This document shows, piece by piece, positions 51,918 to 64,000 of a stretch of DNA of 64,000 nt. The position numbers and the translations under genes were made by a program. The stretch covers positions 2,020,760 through 2,084,759 of the forward strand of contig CM082576.2 in NCBI GenBank assembly GCA_040954595.2, in the 5' to 3' direction. Positions within the stretch are counted from its first letter, which is position 1; each line of letters starts with the position of its first letter. The stretch comes from Balanoglossus misakiensis (taxonomy: Eukaryota > Animalia > Hemichordata). The notes under the pieces were generated by a model. The model ran no database searches. It had not been told where the DNA came from and saw nothing but the letters and a program-made list of their open reading frames with translations.

Positions 51918-54900
51918 GTTGTTCAAAATGTTCAACACTTGTCAAAGATTCATCTCACGTTTAACTTTTGTTGTAATAAAATCATGTATATCTTGCTGGC
52001 ATTAGCATTAGCATTTTCATTTTTGTGGCTATCAATAAGGTCCTTATAAATGGCAACTTCCAAATACGATTGAAAGTAATAATATATGCATAATGAATAC
52101 TTTTTCCCAAACTGTTTGAATAGTAAAGATGCATACTATTACTGGAGGTTTGACGTTTGTCAATTTTGTGTATGCTTTCTTACTAGTATTGAAACTTTTT
52201 GAATAATGAACACCATGATGTTATCTGCATAAATATACATTTTAATGCCTATAAAATGTTTGAGTATAATTTAAAAATTATATGTATAGAGAAAGAGAGG
52301 CAGACAGACAGAGTGAGTGAGTGAGAGACAGACTGTGCACAAAATTTTAAAAGGCATTATTGTATGGACAAAGTAGAGAAGAGGAGTGTGTTTCATGCAG
52401 TAATAATACTTTCCTCCTAACATTTTGAGCATCTTAGAATGCAACCTATAGTGTCATTAATAGACTATATTAGATTAGCAGAGGTCATGACATTTCTACC
52501 TTAACAATGTATGTAAATTTGTCATAATTTTCTGAAGCAGTGTACAAACACCCTGTGCCTATTGAAGGTCAAGTGTCATAGAACACAATGTACATATTGA
52601 CAAGGCAGACACCTAGAATTCGTCTAATTTGCTGAAAATTAGATGTTTTTGTGTTGCAACCTTGAATGCACCTTGCATTGATGCATTTAGCAAATAAAAC
52701 TGTAAAGCGTTCATTGTGTTTTGATACTGTAGAAAGTGAGCTTTCTAAATTAAGCACACACATCATAGGACTGCCTGACATTTATGGCCGCCTGTGTCGT
52801 GATATCACTTTTACCTTGTCAATAATAGCGTTCAATTCTGTTTTGTGTTTTTTACCAATTTCATATAACGAAAGTCAAAGTGATTAAAAACTATCAAATG
52901 CTGGGTCATATTCGTGAGTGATATTGGAATTTTACTGCAAAGAGAAATCGTGGTGCAAATCAATAAATTTACATATATATGAAAAATAGTAAATAATGAA
53001 GTTATGAACTAAAAGTTGAATTGCTCACACTAATTCCTTATGAACGAAGAGTAGAGTGTTGCATGACATTTGTCTTGCTTCTAATCAGGGAGTCTATTCA
53101 GTAAATATTTACTTTGTCCATTCTGGCTATCACAGGGTAGTGAGAATCGGTTGTGCTCTAACAGATGTTTGAGAATATTATCACCATTTCAAACATGCAC
53201 TTGTTGATTACCAGGAAGGTAAAAATTGGTGTGAATCAGCTATGGCATCCAGTGATGTTTCCACCATACCAAGGGAAGGTTGCAGTTTGTATTTTTAATT
53301 CAGAGCTGCTTATCTCAGTTCCTGCTTTCTTCAGAACCAGGAGGCAGGGGTTAATTTATGTCAAGGATATAAGTATAGTTTCAGTTCCAACTTCCTGCTC
53401 ACTGAATTAAGTTTCCTGTAGTCAGGCCCCTATGATCAACAATTGTTTTCTATTTCTGGATTAGACAATGGCAGCTGACGTTTTTAGGTGATGTTGCCTT
53501 CAGAATCACTCAGACATCATTGACAAACTCCAGCTAATTTGTTTTTGTTTAGTGCAGGAGCACTGAATTGACCCAGTGGGAGAGCTTTAAAACACACAAA
53601 TTGCATTGAGGAACTTCCGTATCTCTGAGTTTACGAATTGATGTAAGTATACACTAGTTTATAATGGCCTCCTTTGTAAATTTATGAAAAGATGACCTTT
53701 ATTATGACTTCCATTTGTGTACAGTTTCAAGTGATCATAACCAATGAAAAATGGTTTCAAAATGGTTTATTTGGAAACCTTCCTTGTTGTGGTTTCTAGT
53801 GAATTTTTAACTCCTTTGTCAGCACTGCAGGGCATATCAGATAGGTTGTTGTCTTCACGTATGGTCCCTCATACCTTCTTGTTTTCTCAGAATGGTTTGA
53901 AATTTAATACGCTGCTGATCTATTAGCCGCTAGGTTTGGAGGGTTTATTTTGTGTGTGTTGTTGTTGTTTTTGTTTTTTTGGTTGGGGGGGGGGGCAGTT
54001 GGGGGAGGGTAAGGAAAGGAGCCATTATCTGTTGCCATTGTTTTAGTAAATCTATTCTCCAGTTCTTCAGTTGTAAACCTTCAAAAAGTTATTGGAAGAT
54101 CCTTATTCAGTGTTGCTGATTTATGGCGTAAAATATTTTTGCACTGAAGTGTCAATATGTTGATTCAACCTGTGACATCCACTGTTTGTACACTGGCATG
54201 AAATTTTTGTGTTCCCTAGAAGTTTTGCAGTTAAACATTCACTCTATATTTACGTAAATGCCTAAGTATGTAATTTAGTAAACAGTGGCTTCACTCAGAA
54301 ATCTTTGTGGAGACTTGAATGCTGCCCTCTATTGGCAAGACGTCAGCCAACTTTCACATACTTGTGGGAATTGCCATGGTTTTTGCAAATGTTGTTACTG
54401 TATTGGGTCATTCCAGTCCAATTTTAACTTTTTGCCAGACATTAAAACTTTATCTGGTGGATATTTTTAGCCCATAGCAGGATATGTACCAGTACTGTTT
54501 GAACAAACTCTGGAACTTGACTGGGAGATATGATTGCATCTAGTTTATCATATCAACCCAATTCCCAAATCACAATATTCATATTGATATACTTTTTTCA
54601 AAATGTCTTTCATAATTCAACAACAAAAATGTTTCATGAATTTAATCTTTTCTGAGGAGAAAACGTTCTGTTTTATGTTTCCTAATGTTTTCCACAACAT
54701 CAGCATGGTTCTGTCTTTGCAGAGATGGGATGAGATTGTCAGGCAATCTGTCTTTTTTTATCATTTTGCACAATATTTAGAAATAGTAAATACACCAGTA
54801 CCAGTAATACCTGTAGGTGTATAGCTGCTTATTTTTATTTGCAATACGTTGCAACATTAATTTTATTTGCATATTGAGTGAACTGGTTACTCTAGTTACA

Positions 54901-57900
54901 TCAATCAACTCTTCAGACTGTGTCTGCCCACAAAGTAAATGCAAACCCACAACAACATATGGCACACACACATTATCTGTGTCGAGACCTTGATTTGACT
55001 TTTTTCTAGAGGGCAAAAATGATTACATGCCATGCACGTCTGTACTGTGTTGGTAGTTAAATATCCAGCTGTAGCAAACATAACAATAGGATTAGATGCA
55101 TGTAGCCTCTACACAATTAAGTAATCCCATACAAGGTCACTGTCAGTGGACATCTCTATATAAAATTTAACCTCTTTTTTTCATTCATTTCATGATAAAT
55201 TTCCTGATATTGTTGGTTTGTTATCTCACAAATCACATTGTCAACTGCTACAATATTAAAATCCAATTTAATAATGTAAATTATCATGATTTACAGGTGT
55301 TGCAAAAATTTCCTGCATTTTGTTATCACGGTTTTCAAAAAAAGAATCAGTAGGCACCATAGAGGGCGCTGTATTGTTGTTTTCGTACCATAATTGCATT
55401 GTCTGAGTTGACCTGAAAATATTTGATAAGGAGATCATAGTAAATGCCTTTGTTCTCCTCTGTCGTTTAAAGTAACTGGCACTATTACAAATTAAATCTC
55501 AAACACATTTACAGAAGACCCATATTTTTGTTAATATTTTATTTAATTCTACTCTGGGATGCATTTTGGGTGCAAATTTTCATTTCATGCTGCCGGTAAT
55601 CTGAAGACAGAATGCGTAATTTTGTGTGCAATTTGTCATACATCAGGATTCTTATATTCAGTTAGCCATTTGTTGATGTTTCCAACCTATGGCTTTGCTG
55701 GGTTGAGGGTGGTTACATCTGCAAGGATGACTAATGATGCAGACGTATGCAGAAATCCAGAACCCTGGGAGAAAAAGTACTTATGCATGCATTTTTAATG
55801 GCAATGTGGGGTAAAAGACAGGCAGGACGTAAAAAAAGAATATAATTTTATGGCAGCTGAGTTCCTCCATGGATCTATTTTCACAGAACACTTGTAACAA
55901 AATAATCAGCTGCCCAGGCAAAGGTATACCATTAAAATTTGATAGCTCAACACATAGTTTCAATTCATAAAAAAACCCAAGCAGACTGTTGGTCAGATGC
56001 TCTCAATATTAAACAACACATGCCTTTTTTAAAAAGAGATTTCAAATTAAATGTCAAAGCCAAAATGGTGTTTGCAAGATAACTCCATAATGTTTTCCCT
56101 GCGGGGAAGGGAGAGCAGAAGTAGAATGAAAAGGGCCAATGTATGCTGTCAGGTTTGCAGTATGATGCACAAACATTCTTGTTTTCATCCTGACGGTTAA
56201 ATAAATCAGAATATATTTAATGATGTCATCTTGTTTGGAGCCAGCGTACGTTTCCATGATAATGTATTGTGGAAGGACACTGGAGGTTATCAGAATACGC
56301 ATTTCAAAATGCTAACTGACATCAGTCTGTTCCCATGGCAACCAAGGAGACTTGCAGTACTGGACCAAACCAAATAATCTTGTTACATATTATTTTTCAT
56401 TTTCCTGCATTTTTTCCGCTTTAATTAATGTGACAGGAAGATCAACTTTGCAGTTTGTCTGATTGTAGGCCTTGTGGTCCACTCAGGTCATTAGGAAATG
56501 CCCAAGTGAAATAATAATGGTTTAATCCTTGATTCTGAATAACAGTACAAAAGGCCAAAGTGCGACGTTGACCATCATCTGACAGCGAAACTGTTCTTTT
56601 TTGTGTGTACAATGATATATTTCTTATGAGATATTGAAGCATTTTTTACATCATTTGAAACCGACATGGATCACTCATGGCAAAAGCCGCTTACACCTTA
56701 CCCACTTTGTTTGATCTTTTGACGTATTCCAATGTAATCACCAATGTTCAGTTCGTTCAAAAATCTAAAAGACAAGAAATAACATAGCATGAATCTTTTG
56801 GTTTTGTGTGCTATCAAGATGGAGGTGTACAACATGAAATATACTGATAGGATTTGTCATGGGATCTGCATGCAGTGACCGTTGTCATTTGAGATATTTC
56901 AAAGCAGACAGACACCATCTTCTCTTCATATTCTTTATCATTCCTCCCCAAAAACCAATGTGCGTCATCAGACAAGCGCAAAGCGGAATCTACCATTTCT
57001 GAATACGGGTAACAGGGCAGAAAGGTGTGCAGTTTCATGGATATTATTGTTGTTTTCAGAGAAGGTAAAACAGTTCCGTTTGCAAATGCTATTGAGTCAC
57101 ATTTCAAGGCTACATTTGATTGCGTAAATATTCTTTACTTACAGTTGTTCAAACCTGTATGAGAACTGAGGTCTGACAATTAACGAACTATAATCTTGTT
57201 GCTTTAATGAACACTGTGCATTTTCCCTTTGTGGCTGTTTTTATACATAAATGAGTTCATGAATACAGGCGTGGGTCTTAATTGCCTCTTTTCTACACAA
57301 TTTTCATAAGAAAGGAGTTTGTGAACATATAGACTCAATATTGCAAGTAAAATAGATTCTGTGGTTTCGATAAAATATGCCAGGTATGATCAAATATTAA
57401 TTAACCTATAATGTCCCAGTTCCAACCACCGACTTCCCCACCCTCGAACGAAATGGTTGGTTCCCAGCGTCCCTCAAACCCACAGAAAACAGTAATCTCT
57501 ATGGTGTAGACTTGCTTTTGAGTTTTGTCTGTGATGTTGCCTATGCCTTGGTACAGATACCATGCAAAATAATCTTGTTTTATCGACATCACCCCCGAGT
57601 CAATCATGACAGCAGAATTCAAACCCGTCTCGGCGCAGGTATGAGCCATCTTTTTGAAGTTTACTTTGATATGCATGTATATGTGTGAGTATAGTATATG
57701 TAGATGGCTTCAATCGTTTCGTTCTCTGCCTATTACCAACACAACTGCCCGCTTAACATTACCATTCAGAAACGCATATCTTAAGTGTTTTAATCAATTT
57801 AAAAATGGTGTTGCTTAATTATTATGCATTTCATGCCAAATCATTTTTTTTACAGAAGTGAGTAAATTTATTTCACATCATGTGTTCTTCACTCAGGTCT

Positions 57901-60224
57901 TCATTTCCCCTTTTTCTTTGAATCCAGCATGATATTTTTGTCCCTACTTTGACAGTCTTGTAATATTTTCACAGATGCAAATAGACTTTGATTGTTTCAC
58001 TAAGAGGGGATCACACAAGTTCTGATCACTTTGCTTCATCATGAATGCACACTTGCGGGAGAAAAGCTAAAAAAAAATGATGCAAGTTCTGAGACGACTG
58101 TAACGCGTAGGAAATTATCCACGTTTGGAAAGACATGTCACTGTTCTGACTTCTCCTGATGTATCGCTTCATTGTGTGAATACGATGGACTTCAATGGTT
58201 GACGAAAGAATACATTCAGAATAATTTTTTTCCAGGTTTATGGTTGTACGCCGTGCAACAAGATGCCGAGACCAACAACGACCAGTAAAAGGGCTCTGAT
58301 ACGCTCCTTATCAGGATCAATGAAGAGAATACGAGGGCGCAGTGAGTACAGTTTTTTTTATCACTAAAAGGTTTTTTTTTAGAAGCCTTGATATTTTTCT
58401 TCACAAAACTTGCATATCTTTTCTGTGCGAGAGAAATGACCTGAGGCCCTTATACTTGTATTTTTTATTTTTGCTGGCTTGAGAATAGTCTCCACGTAGA
58501 TATCTCCTTCCAGGTTCCATGTTGTTATCTTTTTGAATTAAGTTCAAGGCCATTCCCTAGGCTTATAGGTTTGCAGAAAGCCGAGATACGTAGTGTGCAC
58601 GTCGGTTAAACTGTGTGACACTGTTAAAGATGTAAACATTCGTTGAACACCTTGAAAATTTAATGACAATGAAAAACCATGAAGGGTATTAAAATGGAGA
58701 GCAGATGTTGCCATGGAAACAGACTGAAGATCTAGTTCATTTCAAGTTGAATGTGAAAATTGACACCACAGAATTATTAAACACTGCAGGTTTCATCAAA
58801 ATTGTCAGGACAGTTTTTGTCACGATGCCAATGGGTGTTTTTTTATTACCAAAGAAAACTGAATTGATAATGTGTGTTCTATAATTTGGAGTGTCTCCAG
58901 TGAGAATAGGCAGAAGAATTACTGTCATGGCAACCTATGAATTGAGACTGTATCAAATCAAGACAAAGTGATATTTATATGGCTGTGCTGCAAAATGACA
59001 AAGAACCTCTTCAAAAGCCTGTGATGACACTCTTAAATGGATCGAGAAATTTTAATAAGATATGAAAATATAATAATGAAAAACTGCAAAATAAGTTAAT
59101 TTGTAAGGTTGTGTTAATATCCATTAGCAGCTGTAATAAGCTGGAAATGTGAACAATTGTGCAGCTCAAGGGGTGCCAGCATAAATTGTGTGACTTGTTT
59201 CATATATGATAATTGTTACATTTAATTATGCCTCATATGCCTCATTAATAAATTGGTGTGTTGGCCAAGTTTTGAGGTAGACAATTCACATCCCATTGTC
59301 ACAGCCAGTTGAAATAACTCTTGCCAAGACTTTCCTTGGATGCATGACGCCCAGAACCTGGACTTGTCATATTGGCAAGGCTACATTTTATCTGAGTTGA
59401 ATAACGAATAGAAGTCTTGGTAATTGACAGCAGGGTTGCCGCGTCATGCAGGGATTCTGCTTGCGCTGCTCATTGTGTTTTTTCTTGATGGGCAGGCAAA
59501 GTCAAGAGAGAGAGAGAATGCATGAAGATGATAATGAATAAGTGCAGAGAGAACCAGCTTGTGTCTATATAGCTTTCGAGAGATTTCCTTCTGTATATTT
59601 TGACGTTTTATCAAAGGCCTCATTATAGTGGTAGAATATCACAAGAATGCAGAATGTTAGCTTTCAAACACCAGCGCCTTAATTCCAGGTTACTACCAGT
59701 GTAACAAAGTTCATGCCAGTCCATGATAGCACCACTGCAGAAATTCCAATTTGTGTGATTGGATGCATTCAGCCAGATTATATTCATACATGGTACAGTG
59801 AATATTTCGGAAGGATTAACTGTTTTCTATGAACTTGACATTTGGATGACCTTATCCAGCTCTTGAGTCTTGTGTTTTGATATTTCTCAAAGTGACTGAG
59901 GTGCATAACTGCATAATGTGATATACACTCAATAACATCACACACAACTTGGATCTTAATTCCTTCGTGCATACTTAAAATACTGTTACATAGCCCTTAA
60001 CCACATTTATCTTAATTATCTGAGTGTAGTTCATGAATCTAGATATACCGTGGTGCAATATGCCATCAGAGCTTATGAAAACTATATTAACATTGTTATA
60101 TATTAAAACAAAACATGATTATCAAAGTATGATCTACCGGAAAATTTACCTTGGCGATGCGCAGGATAATTATCCACGGTTCACCACATGTCTTGTGAAT
60201 ATACAGAGGAAAATTTAAACAATT

Positions 60225-60465
60225 TCCATCATAGTGCAAGTTAATTTCTTGACCCAAGGCGATGATTGGCTGATTCACATTTACAGCAGTACTTGCTTCC
60301 AATCTCCATTATCATATCAGATATTTTTGACTTCATATGTAATTTAACTGTTCTCATGTTCCCAATTTGTATCCATATGACATGCCTAGGGACCGTCCAA
60401 GTCTTTATCTGTCATCATTTTCAGTAGTTCATGAGGAGATGTTGGTTGCAACATCTTCATCCTTT
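60225..60465 (-). pseudogene. Possible decayed death-domain-like coding remnant
   Basis: Allowing stops and frameshifts, the minus strand reads EDVATNIS...RLGRSLGMS...MDT..EHENS..YEVK.YLI**WRLEASTAVNVNQPIIAL.QEINL, resembling the death-fold pattern LGR.LG.S..(L/I)D.I...ML..W.....TV..L..AL. Judged by eye only. Confidence 0.3.
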
Positions 60466-63400
60466 TAATTCTCAGTGGAATCTTCCAGAAATATGTCGCG
60501 CTGGGTCAATAAACTTTTTCTCAATTAATATTCAAAAGTTTATTTTCCGTAAGTGTAGATCACGGTCATTCCAAGTTCACAGGTATTCGTAATTAAGAGA
60601 TTATGTTTTGAAAATATCACGACTCACACGGCCACACCAATCTCTTTTATGCAAGGAGATTGTCTGAACACTTTACCCTAATTACCCTAATGTCTATTTT
60701 GAACAATTTTAGTTCCCGTACGTATACATAAATGTATACTACAGTCATGCTCTTTTGATTTTTATTACGTACTGAGAAAAAAAAGACTTTCTTCTTGAAG
60801 GGGGAAAACACTAGACATCAAACTCTGCTGAAAAGGGAATTACAGGAACATATTTTTAGACCAAACACACAAACCACCTGTGAATAAGGACCTATGTACA
60901 AATAACACAGCTGGTGAATTCTTGTTCAGAAAATGTACCATGTGTTCTTAAAAGGATGGATTTCTCTAAAAAATTGTCTAGTATGGCACCTCGTGGTTGT
61001 CAATCCAGGTCTGTTATCCCCGAAGAAAATTATTTATTGGATTAACTGCCCTGGGTGTGAAACGCTGAAATCAAAATTTGTCCTTTTAATTCAGAACTGA
61101 GGAAGAGGAAAAAGATTGGTGTGCATGGTGATTGATGATAATTTTATGATCTTAGTGCATAAACCGGTACATGGGAAGACTGCATGTACACTTGAATGTT
61201 GCTTAGCTGTTCTATATATAGACTCTTGTTTGGCAGGGCGCATTTGAGTTGCTCTTTATCATCTCATTCTTCTATTGCCAGTTGATGGTACGCAGCTGAT
61301 GGATTGATTTTTCATTCAGGTTTCTCTGCCACACTTCCAAGGAGGAGTCTATCAGGTTCTCATTTCTGTCACGTTGTCCTGAAGTGCACCTTGATAAATC
61401 ACCAACTGTCACTGTTCTAAAGATTTGATTCATTACTGGAACCTCTTCAGCATTTTCACCTGATTTTTCTTGAAGTAAATTTAGAGGAAAGCCCAAAAGC
61501 ATAAATTTCTAATCTTATTCCGGTATATGACAGCTATGATTGTAAAGTAATATCTTTATTTTTTTTTTAATATCAGATATGTAGATATTTTCAGAAAGAT
61601 GTTAATGAAAGTTACAGATATTAAATTTTGTATGAAAACAGTCGCAGATGAAAAGCGTATTAACCTGTATTTTCATAAAGTCGTCATCAGTTCAGTTGCA
61701 CTTTTTAAGGTGAAAGAATTTCACCCCAGGCGTTGATAGTGGGGAGAAAAATAACATGCACAGCACTGTTTAATTTGAGTATTTCAAGGGCACCCCTACC
61801 TCATCAGAGCACGGATAAACGCCATGGAACACACTGGCCAAACATAAGTGTGTGGACGTTAATTGGCATATCCCTGGATGACATTGATCACAAGAAATCA
61901 GAATAAAATTGCGGAGTAAATAGGATGATTGACTTAGTGGATTGATTGCCGATAGACTTTGGTGGGTAATCGGTCTGTGTTCAATAACACCTTGTCTTGA
62001 TTGACGGTTTTGTCCACAATAACACCGACTCTTCCAATTCACATTCTCCTTAGAAAGATATTGATGGCGGGTGAAGAGAATTTCTCTTCCAAGAAAAGAT
62101 GAACTGTTGTTTTGTGGTACTTTCTGACTCATTGTCCATCATTATTTCATGAGTTGAAAGCTTTTGATGGTAATGGGGAAAATTTAATTTTCCATTTCAG
62201 TCATTTGGTGAATTCCTGAGATGCTCCTTTAGACAATTATTCATAACGTTTATTCACCCAGGATCAGGAAAGGGGTTACAGTTTTTGCTGGCATAAGGTG
62301 AACCCAACATCCATCATGACAAAAGACAGTGACGTCATTGGAATAGATACTAGCATAACACATTTCATATCCTGGGAATTTTTAAATGTCTCACGTGTAT
62401 GGAAGAAACAGAGCTCAGAAGCTTTGTGGATGGAACGACTGAGTCTTTAAATTATTCATGCTCTTATTACAAGTGTTTTATGACAAATGTTGCAACGGTC
62501 TGCCCTGCCATTAGCGCAGTCACGTTACTTTTAAAGCTTTGGACCATTAAAGTCCAGAACATTGTTTACAATGCAGCATGGTAGCAATTTATTATAATAC
62601 AAAATCTCCACATTTGGATGAGATTATATTTTTATACTGCTTATATAATAATGTGAAAATGGCCCAAGAGTGGGGAAAATGATAATTGTGCTATTTCTTT
62701 TTTCTGAAGTGCCATCCTACAATGAAAATGTTTTTCTTTCATTGTGAATATCCCTTGAGAGCATTGAGGTAGTGCAAATTGCAAATGATAGACTCTAGTG
62801 TTTTAATATTTCATCATCTCAAGACAAAACGTGAGTGCAAGCTAAAATGCCCTAAAAACAAACCTATAATTTTATCAGCTGTATCAATTTCTGCTCAGCA
62901 CAGGATTTATATTTAGAACTAATTTTACCAGGGCTCGATCAATGTGGAACGTACATAACAAAGGTTTCTATGTATCCCTGCAATTGTGTCTCTATGGCCC
63001 AACAATGGAAAATACTGCATGATGTGCAATTGCTTCATTTTGCATTACCCGCACCTGCAGTTGGACATCTGTACCACCAGATCACAAATAAAAACATAAA
63101 AGTGATTTTGTTTTCTGACAGTGCATTATCAACTAAATTGGTATCGGATGCACCACAAATAGCATGGACAAAAAATGCCAAATAACAGGAAGACGCCTTA
63201 ATAGTAAACTAATGGTTAAATAAGTGTTTTTTGTGACATATAATTGGATGCTTTGTATGGAGGAGGGGCTGCTATGGTCTTTGCAGACTCTGTTGTCAGT
63301 GATAGATTGCGAAGAAAATACAATTTTTGTTTAATGATATGACTGACCTTCTGTGCAATGCATGGTTTGAGATAATATTAGCCATAATACGCAGATGGTG

Positions 63401-64000
63401 GATATACCATTATGTTCAAACTAATGTAAAATTGTCAATTCACCTGCATGTAGCCACAGAAATGTCCATACGTCCACAATTATGTATTCGCAGCAGATCA
63501 GATGGAATCAGTGTTGCAGGTAATTCAAGTATCTTCAAATCTGCTCTTGGTTACGTCACATTATGACCCCTGAAGGTACCAGTATATATGTTTGAATAAT
63601 TTTGAGAGACATACCGGACCTTAGGTTTTTGCGTGGCATGAAAATGTGAAATGACATTTTACCCATTTATTCATAATTGCGGTGAGTTTTTAGCTTTTAT
63701 GATGTGTCAACCACATCACTACATGTAAAACTAATCGTCATTTGCAATTGGATAGTTATGACAAATACCACTGACAACTCTGAGCAGCCAGGCTTTAGGG
63801 CTTATTAAGGCATTATTCGCATATAGTTGCACTGTGCACATTGAAAATATTTTGTAAGCTGTAAAACTAAAACTGTGTTAGAAAAATGATTTATTTCCTG
63901 TATTTTAGCAATTTGAATTTCATATTACGTGAATATGTGGGAGTTAATGGTGAACAAAACACATAACTGCAACTATTGGCCTGGTGATCTCCACTCTTAA

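Overview
Eukaryotic, intron-rich, AT-rich genomic DNA. It is most likely an invertebrate deuterostome (hemichordate/amphioxus/echinoderm-like); this is an inference from gene content and protein similarity. No prokaryotic features, CRISPR arrays, tRNA or rRNA were seen. (1) 1-10.8 kb is a recent tandem segmental duplication carrying two minus-strand copies of a secreted modular lectin gene. Each module is a WSC-like domain plus a SUEL/rhamnose-binding lectin domain, encoded on a symmetric phase-1 exon. The complete copy has 3 modules (~717 aa) and an in-frame chimeric exon. The edge-truncated copy has lost module 1 by an in-frame exon fusion and differs at putative sugar-binding motifs. (2) PTK7/off-track (+, 13 coding exons, 7 Ig + TM + pseudokinase, 15.4 kb intron 2). 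(3) POLR1C (-) and AP2S1 (+), head-to-head with 365 bp between start codons. (4) ARHGAP11A (-). (5) 51-64 kb has no intact gene, but contains a minisatellite, RFX- and CTCF-like motifs and possibly decayed death-domain-like remnants. The best candidate for an undescribed system is the apparently diversifying WSC-SUEL lectin cassette array. All exon boundaries were read by eye from GT-AG sites and frame continuity.
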